A stretch of DNA of 44,429 nt. It comes from Pseudomonadota bacterium. GTDB taxonomy: Bacteria > Desulfobacterota > Syntrophia > Syntrophales > UBA5619. Both the position numbers and the translations under genes were made by a program. The stretch is taken from positions 1 through 44,429 of the forward strand of contig JAHIMW010000172.1 in assembly GCA_018896355.1 (NCBI GenBank), given 5' to 3'. Positions within the stretch are counted from its first letter, which is position 1, and every line of letters starts with the position of its first letter. This document shows positions 15,998-24,064 of this stretch, one piece after another. Below the pieces are notes generated by a model that worked only from the letters and a program-made list of their open reading frames with translations, was not told where the DNA came from and made no database searches.

Positions 15998-17829
15998 CGC
16001 ACGATGGTGATGACGCCGGAAGATCCATCAACGCGCAGCATCATGCCGCTCTTGATGATCTTGGTCGAAAGACCCGTGCCGACCACCGCCGGCAGGCCGT
16101 ACTCGCGACAGACGATCGCCGCGTGGCTCATAACGCCACCCACATCGGTGACGCAGGCGCTGATCTTGGCGAAAGCCGGCGCCCAGGACGGCGAGGTCGT
16201 CGGAGCCACCAGAATCTCCCCCTCCTGAAGCTGACCCACTTCCGCCACCGTCTTGCAGATCCGCGCGCGGCCCTCGGCGACGCCGGGGCTGCCGGCGAAA
16301 CCTTTGATCTCGGTAATGCTGTCGGGATCCTTGACTTCCTGAACCGCCGACCAGTCCGCCAGCGACTTGTTGGTCACACCCCACAGTACGATGGTGAAGG
16401 GCTCCTGAATCACCTCGGGCGCGGTGCCGATGGCCGGAGGCGCACTCCATTCCTTGAACTTCTGCATCACGCCTTTGCGCCAGGCGATCTCCTTCGGCCA
16501 CACCTTGGTGCCGCGCGGCGTAACGCCGGTTGCCCAGGCGGTGACGACGTCCCACAAACCCTGCTTGATTTCGTCGCGACGCAACAGCCAGATGTCCTCG
16601 ACGTCCTCAATCATGCCGTGCTGTTTCATGATCGCCCCGACTTCGCGCATCTTGTTCCAGAACACCGAGTGGAACCAGTGCTCGACATAGAAGAGATGGT
16701 TCTCGACATATGGGAACACGGTCTTGGCGCAGCCCAGCAATTCGTCAAACTGCTTGCGATCCTCCTCTGTCCCGATCAGGTCGCGATATTCGGCGGTGAT
16801 GCGGTCGCGCTCGGCCCGCACCTTCTCGGTCGGCCGCTCGATCGAAATGTCCTGCTTGATTTTCCCGATATAGGTATTGATGCCGGTGAGCGGCACGTTC
16901 ATCTGGTCGTTCCAACTGCGGTCGTGGTGGAACCAGCCGGTGCCGGTCGACACTTCGAACCACGGATCCTTGGCCTGATCCAGGGCAGCCAGCCACTCCT
17001 GCCCCTTAGGCAGCTTACGCAGTGCTGCCTCGACCACGCTCCATTCCGGGCTGGAGCATACCGTTGCCTCGATGCCCAGCTCGATGGCCTTCTTGGCCAG
17101 CTTTTTCAATTCCTCGTCCGGCTGATACATGATCACGTCGATGCCGGCGATCATCTGGGTGACACGCTGCGTCGGCATGCTGGGGAACTGCTTCTGCATG
17201 AAGTCGAGGAAGAAGACGTAGGCGGCATACCCCAGGTTGAGGAACTCGAAGTGGTACTGCCAGCACTTGAGGCCCAGATTGATCAAGTCATCGTAGTTCT
17301 TGAGCAGGTGGTAGCCCCGAGACTCGCCGACCGCGTCGGTCACCACGCTTATATCCTCCATGTCGGGCAGCTTCGGGATCTTCACCGCCTCGAGTTCGCG
17401 GATGGTGGCTTCCATTTTCACTTTCCACTTGGCTTCGAGTGCGTCCCAGTTCTTGTAGTAGTAGCCGGCACGCTCCATGAAGTGCGGGACGCGGCTGCCG
17501 ATCTCGGCTCCGTCCTTTACCGGCACCGGCGAGATATAGACATAGCCGTTGATGATGCGGTGGTCCACGCCGCGCACCGGCGGCACCATGAAGATCCGGT
17601 TGTTGAACTGGGAGAGGGCGAGATACCAGGCCTCATCCCAAATCGTATCGAAGGGATAGAGCGGCTCCGGATAATGCAGGCCGTCGGCGAACCAGAAGGA
17701 ATCCTTCTCGTACTGGTTGCGCTCGGGATCATCGGTGACGAACTGGTAGTGGTAGGGATACATCCTCTCCCAGCCTTCGGTGCCGGGGATGGTCTTGGCC
17801 TTGATGTCATGCGGATTCGGGAATTTCAT
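15994..17829 (-). CDS. ppsA: Aryl-phosphate (phenylphosphate-type) synthase alpha subunit with C-terminal phospho-histidine swivel domain
   Basis: The ~611 aa (~70 kDa) product has a C-terminal PEP-utilising mobile domain (ILVAPTTSPSWAPAF...TDVGGVMSHAAIVCREYGLPAVVG). I chose the ATG at 17829 (MKFPNPHD..., SD AGGAGGAG). The track start at 17916 adds an Arg-rich non-homologous extension. Confidence 0.8.
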   Translation of the reverse strand: MKFPNPHDIKAKTIPGTEGWERMYPYHYQFVTDDPERNQYEKDSFWFADGLHYPEPLYPFDTIWDEAWYLALSQFNNRIFMVPPVRGVDHRIINGYVYISPVPVKDGAEIGSRVPHFMERAGYYYKNWDALEAKWKVKMEATIRELEAVKIPKLPDMEDISVVTDAVGESRGYHLLKNYDDLINLGLKCWQYHFEFLNLGYAAYVFFLDFMQKQFPSMPTQRVTQMIAGIDVIMYQPDEELKKLAKKAIELGIEATVCSSPEWSVVEAALRKLPKGQEWLAALDQAKDPWFEVSTGTGWFHHDRSWNDQMNVPLTGINTYIGKIKQDISIERPTEKVRAERDRITAEYRDLIGTEEDRKQFDELLGCAKTVFPYVENHLFYVEHWFHSVFWNKMREVGAIMKQHGMIEDVEDIWLLRRDEIKQGLWDVVTAWATGVTPRGTKVWPKEIAWRKGVMQKFKEWSAPPAIGTAPEVIQEPFTIVLWGVTNKSLADWSAVQEVKDPDSITEIKGFAGSPGVAEGRARICKTVAEVGQLQEGEILVAPTTSPSWAPAFAKISACVTDVGGVMSHAAIVCREYGLPAVVGTGLSTKIIKSGMMLRVDGSSGVITIVR

Positions 17830-17955
17830 TTCGTGTCTCCTCCTGATTCGTGGATACGTCATCAATTCGGACGCAGCAAATACTCTCCGTCCCCGGGTTG
17901 TACGAATAACTCCCACGCGTGGTTCGATATGAGATTGCTTTTTTAGGGTGGTGCA

Positions 17956-17984
17956 TTATAGGGGGGCTGTTTTTGCTTGTCAAG
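17956..17984 (-). promoter_or_regulatory. Consensus sigma70 promoter of the aryl-phosphate/UbiD operon
   Basis: The minus strand reads TTGACA-agcaaaaacagcccccc(17 nt)-TATAAT, with -35 at 17984-17979 and -10 at 17961-17956. It lies ~125 nt upstream of the ppsA-like ATG. Confidence 0.6.
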
Positions 17985-18066
17985 AAATATTTAGACAGAA
18001 TTTTTTGGCGATTTTGGGACATTCAAAATCTCCCCATTCCCGCTCCGACTGCCGAGAGTTTTTGAT

Positions 18067-18555
18067 TCAGTCATTACCGGAAAGGATCAACTCTTCCCGC
18101 TTCCCAAATCCTTTTTCATTATCGATAAAGAAGATCCGTTCCGGCGTCAGCTTATAGAAGCTAACCCCGCTTACCTTACTTGCTATGAGTTCACCGAGCT
18201 TTTGTGGCGAAAAGAGAAAATCCTTCACGTCGGGAAATTTCTTTACATAGGCCTGGGCGATGCGTCCGTTCTCCATGATCCCGCCCACGCCCGTTACCCC
18301 GCCTTCAAGTTGGATTCCCTTTATTAAAAGCCAGTTGGAATAATCCTCGTCTATGGTGGCGGATACCCTCGGATTGTGCGCAAGGTGCTCTCCATGCCGC
18401 GTCGAGGGGCTGCTTAAAAAGTAAATTTCAAATCCGGTGTTGACGTAAAATACCGTAGCGGCATGGGGTGCCCCGTCTTTTTGCGTTGCCAGGGAAAGGG
18501 TGTTGTGGATTTCCATGTACGCGATGATGGTTTTTTTCAGAGCTTCTCTTTCCAT
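18067..18555 (-). CDS. Pyridoxamine 5'-phosphate oxidase-like FMN-binding split-barrel protein
   Basis: The 162 aa product (LSLATQKDGAPHAATVFYV...FYFLSSPSTRHGEHLAHNPRVSATI) is typical of the PNPOx-like family. SD GAAGG. G+C is visibly lower than in the neighbouring operon core. Confidence 0.75.
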   Translation of the reverse strand: MEREALKKTIIAYMEIHNTLSLATQKDGAPHAATVFYVNTGFEIYFLSSPSTRHGEHLAHNPRVSATIDEDYSNWLLIKGIQLEGGVTGVGGIMENGRIAQAYVKKFPDVKDFLFSPQKLGELIASKVSGVSFYKLTPERIFFIDNEKGFGKREELILSGND

Positions 18556-18576
18556 GATTTGCCTTCAAGAGGTCGA

Positions 18577-18605
18577 ACTGTAGGGGGGCTGTTTTTGCTT
18601 GTCAA
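18577..18605 (-). promoter_or_regulatory. Second copy of the same promoter core, upstream of the PNPOx-like gene
   Basis: The minus strand reads TTGACA-agcaaaaacagcccccc-TACAGT. The 26 nt at 18581-18606 are identical to 17960-17985. This would give a ~15 nt leader that includes the SD. Confidence 0.45.
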
Positions 18606-18623
18606 GGTATATTTCGGATGGTT

Positions 18624-19601
18624 TTATCTGCCGTCTTTACCGTCTGCCGTGAAGATGTCCCCCGGTTTCAGCCCGGTCTCTGCCGCAAAAGCGACGGCAT
18701 CCTGTTTGCCGGCCTCCGTCCGGACCTTCCCGATGCGGAGTGCTCCGTTGCGGGCGGCGACGATGAAGCCGCCCTCATCCGTTGCCAGGACCTCCCCCGG
18801 TCGGGCATCCGGGCGGACGGTTTCCGCCAGCCGGGTATCGAGGAAACGGACCTTCTTCTCCCGATAAAAGGAGTAGGCCCCCGGCTGAGGATCGCAGCCC
18901 CGGATGAGGTTGTGGACCTCCGTTGCGGGGGTTTCCCAGTCGATCTGGGCTACCTGGTCGTTGCAGAGCGGTTCGTACGTGGCCACGCCTTCGTCCTGGA
19001 CCATCCGGGGCGCCCGCCCCTCCTTGATGAGTTCGACGGACTCCACGATCGCCTCAACGCCGAGCGGAAACAGCCGGTTGAAGTAGAGGGCGCCGGTCGT
19101 ATCCTCCGGCCCGATCGGGATCCGCTTCTGGAGTAAGACCGGGCCCGTGTCGATCCCCGCATCCGCCCAGAAGATCGAGAGCCCCGTCTCCAGGTCGCCC
19201 ATGATCACCGCCCAGTTGATCGCGCTCCCGCCGCGGTGGCGGGGAAGAATCGAAGGATGATAACAGATAGCCCCCTGCGTCGGGATCCTGAAAAAAGAGG
19301 GCGGGATGATGTCGGTGACGAAGGCCATGATCAGCAGGTCGGGGTTCGTGCTCCGGAAAGCCTCGAGCGTCTCCGGGGTTCGGTAGCTCTCCGGCTGAAA
19401 GGCCGGGATTCCACGGCCGTCGGCGGCCGTCTTCAGGGGGTCGGGTTTTCCGCCGGCCTTACCTTGGGGAAGCCATGCGGCGATGATCACTTCTCCCCGA
19501 TCAGACAATGTTTCCAGAATCTTGGCGCCAAAGGCGGCCTGTCCCATGATCGCGATGCGCAGGCTCTCCTGCGGAGCCCCGCTGCCCCTCTCTTTGCCCA
19601 T
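18624..19601 (-). CDS. Formyltransferase-family protein resembling the N-terminal hydrolase domain of 10-formyl-THF dehydrogenase / Fmt
   Basis: ICYHPSILPRHRGGSAINWAVIMGD...GLSIFWADAGIDTGPVLLQK...LIKEGRAPR is followed by an Fmt-like C-terminal domain. I chose the ATG at 19601 (SD GGAGGAGG). The track start at 19727 adds a non-homologous extension. Confidence 0.8.
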   Translation of the reverse strand: MGKERGSGAPQESLRIAIMGQAAFGAKILETLSDRGEVIIAAWLPQGKAGGKPDPLKTAADGRGIPAFQPESYRTPETLEAFRSTNPDLLIMAFVTDIIPPSFFRIPTQGAICYHPSILPRHRGGSAINWAVIMGDLETGLSIFWADAGIDTGPVLLQKRIPIGPEDTTGALYFNRLFPLGVEAIVESVELIKEGRAPRMVQDEGVATYEPLCNDQVAQIDWETPATEVHNLIRGCDPQPGAYSFYREKKVRFLDTRLAETVRPDARPGEVLATDEGGFIVAARNGALRIGKVRTEAGKQDAVAFAAETGLKPGDIFTADGKDGR

Positions 19602-19789
19602 GCTTTTCTTCCTCCTCCGTGTCCATTTAATGGATTTCCCCTCGTTCTGCAACCATTTGTTGGCGAAAAAACGGCTGGACGCCTCTTCTATTGTCTGAAA
19701 ACGGGGTCCGTTGTCGAGGGTGATCATGCTTGGAAACGGGAACCCGTCAGCCGAGTTTCATGGATTACAAAATAGCTACAAAATAGTTC

Positions 19790-19818
19790 TTGACAGGAAT
19801 TTACCTTGTTGATATGAA
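19790..19818 (+). promoter_or_regulatory. Putative sigma70 promoter (extended -10) for fhs
   Basis: TTGACA lies at 19790-19795, followed by a 17 nt spacer ending in TGa, then TATGAA at 19813-18. This would give a ~400 nt leader before the fhs ATG. Confidence 0.35.
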
Positions 19819-20228
19819 TCGACGCTCTGTAGATTTTTAAAAACCCCAATAGATTCGATTGTTTTGATAAGTATGCAAAATGATGGTCATAGAAACTCGA
19901 ATTTTTCCCATCCCTGCGGGAACCGTATGATTCAAGCAGATAGGGAGGCAATGGATATCGATCGCGTTGCCCCCGGCGCCGATAAGCGTTTCTCCATTTT
20001 CCAGAGTGCGGAATCTACCCAGTATTATAAGTTATATTCGGTTGTTGCCCCTGACAGGCTCTTGGGGGTGGAGATATCGTTCCGTAGGATTTCTCCGGCG
20101 GTGTCCTTATCCTGCCGGGCCGCCTGCGGAAAAGGTCATTGAAGGTGCCGGATACGGATCATTGGGTGATTTAGTGTGTTAAGAAAAAGTTTTTTAAACA
20201 ATTTTGAAAGGGAAGGGGGGTAATACTC

Positions 20229-22016
20229 ATGGGTTTCAATATCTCGAAAAAGTATATGAAGGCAGATCCAAGAAAGCTCGCAGATTGGCAGATTGCGGAC
20301 ATAGCGGAAGAAAATATGCCCACCGTCGATCAGTGGCGGGATAAACTTGGCCTTCAAAAGGATGAAATTATCCCTATGGGGAAATTGTGCAAACTCGATT
20401 TCCTCAAGATTATGGAGCGTCTGAAAAAAAGGCCGGACGGAAAGTATATCGAGGTTACAGCGATCACACCAACCCCCCTCGGAGAAGGAAAATCGACGAC
20501 GAGTATGGGTTTGATCGAGGGGCTCGGCAAAAGAGGGCAAAGTGTCGGTGGTTGTCTCCGTCAGCCTTCCGGCGGTCCAACCATGAATGTGAAAGGAACG
20601 GCTGCAGGAGGAGGCAAATCCCTTCTCATCCCCATGACTGAATTCTCGCTTGGTCTCACCGGGGACATTAACGACATTATCAATGCCCATAACCTGGCCA
20701 TGGTCGCTTTAACGTCCAGGATGCAGCACGAACGGAACTATGACGATGCGGAACTGGCGAAACGGAAACTCCGACGGCTCGACATTGATCCGACGAATGT
20801 GGAAATGGGCTGGATCATGGATTTTTGCGCCCAGTCGCTACGAAACATTGTTATCGGCCTCGGCGGCAAGATGGATGGCTTTACGATGCAGTCCAAATTC
20901 GGGATTGCGGTAAGCTCCGAGCTCATGGCCATTCTTTCCATTGTCCGGGACCTCAAGGACCTTCGGGAAAGGTTGGGCAATATTGTCGTCGCCTATGATA
21001 AGAAGGGGAAGCCGGTTACGACCAGCGACCTCGAGGTGGCGGGCGCCATGTGTGCGTGGATGAGAAATACCATCAACCCCACGCTGATGTCCTCCACCGA
21101 GTATCAGCCCTGTTTGGTCCACGCCGGTCCTTTTGCCAACATCGCCGTGGGACAGTCCTCCATCATCGGCGATCGGGTTGGACTGAAGATGTTCGATTAC
21201 CATGTCACCGAGAGCGGCTTTGCCGCGGACATCGGCTTTGAGAAATTCTGGAACGTAAAGAGTCGGTTGAGCGGCCTGACTCCCAATATCTCTATTCTGA
21301 CGACAACGATCAGGGCATCGAAGATGCACGGAGGAGGACCGACGGTCGCTCCCGGACGGCCTCTGCCTCAGGAATACACAAAGGAAAACCTTGCTCTTCT
21401 TGAAAAAGGCCTCTGCAACATGACCCACCTCATCGGTGTGATCCGGAAATCCGGAATCAACCCGGTGGTCTGCATTAATGCGTTCCACACCGACACAAAG
21501 AAAGAAATCGCAATGGTCAGAAAGTATGCCGAGCAGGCAGGCGCACGTGTTGCCCTTTCCGAGCACTGGCTCAAAGGTGGCGATGGCGCCCTTGAGCTTG
21601 CCGATGTCGTCATGGACGCCTGCAAAGATAAAGTCAAACTCAAATTCCTCTACCCGCTGGAATTGCCTCTCAGACAAAGGGTTGATCTCATCGCAAAAGA
21701 GGTATATGGCGCCGACGGCGTTTCCTGGACCCCTGAGGCTGAAGCCAAAGCCAAACGGTTTGAGGCTGATCCTGCAATGAGGGATTTCAATACGATGATG
21801 GTAAAGACCCACCTCAGCCTGTCGGCTGATCCAACTCGCAAGGGAGTCCCCAAAGGTTGGATACTGCCGGTTCGTGACGTCTTGGTCTTTGCCGGTGCGA
21901 AATTCCTCTGCCCGGTGACAGGGACCATCAGTCTGATGCCGGGGACAGGCTCCGATCCCGCCTACAGAAGAATCGACGTGGATGTAGAGACCGGAAAGGT
22001 CAAGGGTTTGTTTTAA
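20229..22016 (+). CDS. fhs: Formate-tetrahydrofolate ligase
   Basis: The 595 aa product has [13 protein letters not shown] (P-loop), the family pattern HAGPFANIA and VATIRALKMHGG-like [12 protein letters not shown]. Confidence 0.95.
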   Translation: MGFNISKKYMKADPRKLADWQIADIAEENMPTVDQWRDKLGLQKDEIIPMGKLCKLDFLKIMERLKKRPDGKYIEVTAITPTPLGEGKSTTSMGLIEGLGKRGQSVGGCLRQPSGGPTMNVKGTAAGGGKSLLIPMTEFSLGLTGDINDIINAHNLAMVALTSRMQHERNYDDAELAKRKLRRLDIDPTNVEMGWIMDFCAQSLRNIVIGLGGKMDGFTMQSKFGIAVSSELMAILSIVRDLKDLRERLGNIVVAYDKKGKPVTTSDLEVAGAMCAWMRNTINPTLMSSTEYQPCLVHAGPFANIAVGQSSIIGDRVGLKMFDYHVTESGFAADIGFEKFWNVKSRLSGLTPNISILTTTIRASKMHGGGPTVAPGRPLPQEYTKENLALLEKGLCNMTHLIGVIRKSGINPVVCINAFHTDTKKEIAMVRKYAEQAGARVALSEHWLKGGDGALELADVVMDACKDKVKLKFLYPLELPLRQRVDLIAKEVYGADGVSWTPEAEAKAKRFEADPAMRDFNTMMVKTHLSLSADPTRKGVPKGWILPVRDVLVFAGAKFLCPVTGTISLMPGTGSDPAYRRIDVDVETGKVKGLF

Positions 22017-22026
22017 CCTGGGTAAA

Positions 22027-22058
22027 GGGGCACGAAATATCGTGCCCCGCTTTTTTTT
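22027..22058 (+). terminator. Rho-independent terminator directly after fhs
   Basis: The hairpin is GGGGCACG-aaatat-CGTGCCCC (22027-22048), followed by GC and then eight T (22051-22058). Confidence 0.8.
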
Positions 22059-22074
22059 GGAACGGCTTTTATTT

Positions 22075-24060
22075 ATGGGGCAACACAAGGTCACGTTTCA
22101 TCCGAGTGACAGACACATATTTGTTGACGAAGGGGAGAATCTCCTCCAGGCGGCTATGGAGGCCGGCATTCACATCAACGCCTCCTGCGGCGGCAATGCG
22201 ACCTGCGGGAAATGCAAGGTTAAAATCGCCGGCGGCGCGGTTGCGTCGCCGATGCACACCGAGCTTTCCGAGGCGGAGTATGCCGACGGTTACCGCCTCG
22301 CCTGCCTCTCGACCGTCACCGGCGACGTCGATGTCGAAATCCCGCTGGAATCGCAGGTTGATAAGTCCGTGCTGGCGCTGAAAGGCGATCGGCTCGCCGC
22401 CCCTTATCTCCTTTCGCCGAAGGATATTTTTCAACTGGTCCAGGGGTGGGACATCGATCCCACCGTATTCAAGCGCTATGTGGAGCTGGCTCCGCCAACC
22501 CTGAACGATAACGTGAGCGACCTGACCCGCCTGACCCATGCGGTACACAAGCAACACGGCATCAATGGAATCTCCAGCGATTTCCGGGTGATCATGAAAT
22601 TAAGCCGGCTTCTCCGAAAGGCCGATTGGAAGGTTACCGTAACGCTGGTGCAGACCCGTAAGGGGTATAAGCTGATCAACGTCGAGCCGGGCGACAACCG
22701 GCACCAGAACTATTCGATCGTGGTCGATATCGGCACAACGACCATTTTCGGACAGATTCTTAATCTGAACGATTGCAAGGTTGCCGCCTGTCCCGACGGC
22801 ACCTGCGACGGCGCGACCCTCTTCGCGCTGGCCGAGGCCTCCGATTACAATCCGCAGATCAGTTACGGGGAAGACGTCATCACCCGGATTGTCTATTCCC
22901 AGAAGCCGGGCGGTCTGAAAAAGATGCAGGAGACGGTTGTCGCCTCGATCAACGGCGTTATCGACGAGCTGCTGAAAATGAGCCGGATCGACCGGTCGCT
23001 GGTCTCCCATCTGGTCGTGGCGGGCAACACCACGATGACCCAACTGCTGTTGGGAATCGATCCCAAATATATTCGTGAGGCGCCCTACGTTCCGACCGCA
23101 AACCTGATACCGCCGGTGCGGGCCGTCCATCTGGGGATCAACGTCGGCGACCATGTTCATGTTTACCTCTTCCCTCTGGTGGCCAGTTATGTGGGCGGCG
23201 ATATTGTGGCAGGCATTCTGGGTTCCGGAATTTTCCAGCGCGAGGCGCTGACCCTCTATATGGATATCGGCACCAACGGGGAGATCGTGATCGGGAACAA
23301 GGATTGGCTGGCCAGCGTCTCCTGTTCCGCCGGTCCGGCGTTCGAGGGGGCGGGCATCAAATTCGGCATGCGGGCGACGCGCGGCGCCATCGAAGAGGTC
23401 AGCATCAACCCCCATACCTGCGAACCGATGATTCTGACCATCGGCCGGGCCAAGCCGATCGGCATCTGCGGGTCGGGATTGATCGACGCGGTGGCGGAGC
23501 TTCTGGAGGCAGGCATCATCGATCAGAAGGGAAAATTCCATCAGAATCTGCCGACAAAAAGGGTCAGAAAAAGGGAAGATGGTTACGAATATGTCCTTGC
23601 CTATCAAAACGAGACGCGCATCCAGGATGACATCGTCCTCACCGAGATCGACATCGAAAATCTGATCCGCACCAAAGGGTCCATCTATGCAGGCTGCAAG
23701 GTGCTGTTGGACAGCGTCGGCCTTGGTTTCAAGGACCTGGAGCAGATTATCATCGCCGGCGGATTCGGCCGTCATCTGGATCTGGAAAAGGCCATTTTCA
23801 TCGGGCTGCTGCCGGAAATCGATGCACGGAAATTCATCTTTGTCGGGAACGGATCGCTCTTAGGCGCTCGACTGCTCTCCTTTTCCAGGGAACTCCTGAA
23901 AGAGACGGAAAGGATCGCGCTGATGATGACCAATCTGGAATTAAGCAACCATGCCGGCTTCATGGATGAATTCATGGCCGCGATGTTTCTGCCGCACACG
24001 GATGCCTCCGCCTTCCCGGGGGTGCAGGAACGGCTGCGCGCCAGAAGGGAGGCGGCCTGA
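22075..24060 (+). CDS. acsV: Corrinoid activation/regeneration protein (RACo/AcsV): 2Fe-2S ferredoxin domain plus ASKHA ATPase domain
   Basis: The N-terminus reads KVTFHPSDRHIFVDEGENLL..INASCGGNATCGKCKV. An ASKHA-type region follows (VVDIGTTT...MDIGTNGE...CGSG). I chose the ATG at 22075 because the track's GTG at 22042 lies inside the terminator hairpin. Confidence 0.85.
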   Translation: MGQHKVTFHPSDRHIFVDEGENLLQAAMEAGIHINASCGGNATCGKCKVKIAGGAVASPMHTELSEAEYADGYRLACLSTVTGDVDVEIPLESQVDKSVLALKGDRLAAPYLLSPKDIFQLVQGWDIDPTVFKRYVELAPPTLNDNVSDLTRLTHAVHKQHGINGISSDFRVIMKLSRLLRKADWKVTVTLVQTRKGYKLINVEPGDNRHQNYSIVVDIGTTTIFGQILNLNDCKVAACPDGTCDGATLFALAEASDYNPQISYGEDVITRIVYSQKPGGLKKMQETVVASINGVIDELLKMSRIDRSLVSHLVVAGNTTMTQLLLGIDPKYIREAPYVPTANLIPPVRAVHLGINVGDHVHVYLFPLVASYVGGDIVAGILGSGIFQREALTLYMDIGTNGEIVIGNKDWLASVSCSAGPAFEGAGIKFGMRATRGAIEEVSINPHTCEPMILTIGRAKPIGICGSGLIDAVAELLEAGIIDQKGKFHQNLPTKRVRKREDGYEYVLAYQNETRIQDDIVLTEIDIENLIRTKGSIYAGCKVLLDSVGLGFKDLEQIIIAGGFGRHLDLEKAIFIGLLPEIDARKFIFVGNGSLLGARLLSFSRELLKETERIALMMTNLELSNHAGFMDEFMAAMFLPHTDASAFPGVQERLRARREAA

Positions 24061-24064
24061 TACG

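Noticed and set aside
17830-17916. Several ORF-track starts add N-terminal extensions. This one lengthens the ppsA-like ORF. Similar upstream starts are at 803 for nnr, 6848 for the C_GCAxxG_C_C gene, 13192 for UPF0261, 19727 for the formyltransferase, 22042 for acsV and 23951 for cooC.
   Set aside because: In each case family similarity begins at an internal ATG that has a good SD. The extensions are Arg-rich or otherwise non-homologous. For acsV the upstream GTG lies inside the terminator hairpin, and the cooC extension overlaps the end of acsV.
11882-17946. Very long ORFs lie antisense to the real genes of the high-GC operon. Examples are 16123-17946 (607 aa), 14702-16228 (508 aa), 13253-14662 (469 aa) and 11882-13222 (446 aa).
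   Set aside because: Their translations are low-complexity and rich in Arg, Gly, His, Asp and Pro, with no recognisable motifs. They mirror genes that have clear family signatures. Long stop-free antisense frames are expected in DNA with strong GC3 bias.
20048-20130. I considered calling a ZTP (pfl) riboswitch feature upstream of fhs.
   Set aside because: The motif order is suggestive, but the near-invariant 3' CCGCCUGGGC reads CCGCCUGCGG, P2 is shifted and has a large loop, the pseudoknot is short, and no expression platform is evident. I kept it only as a finding to be tested with cmsearch (RF01750) and did not annotate it as an ncRNA.
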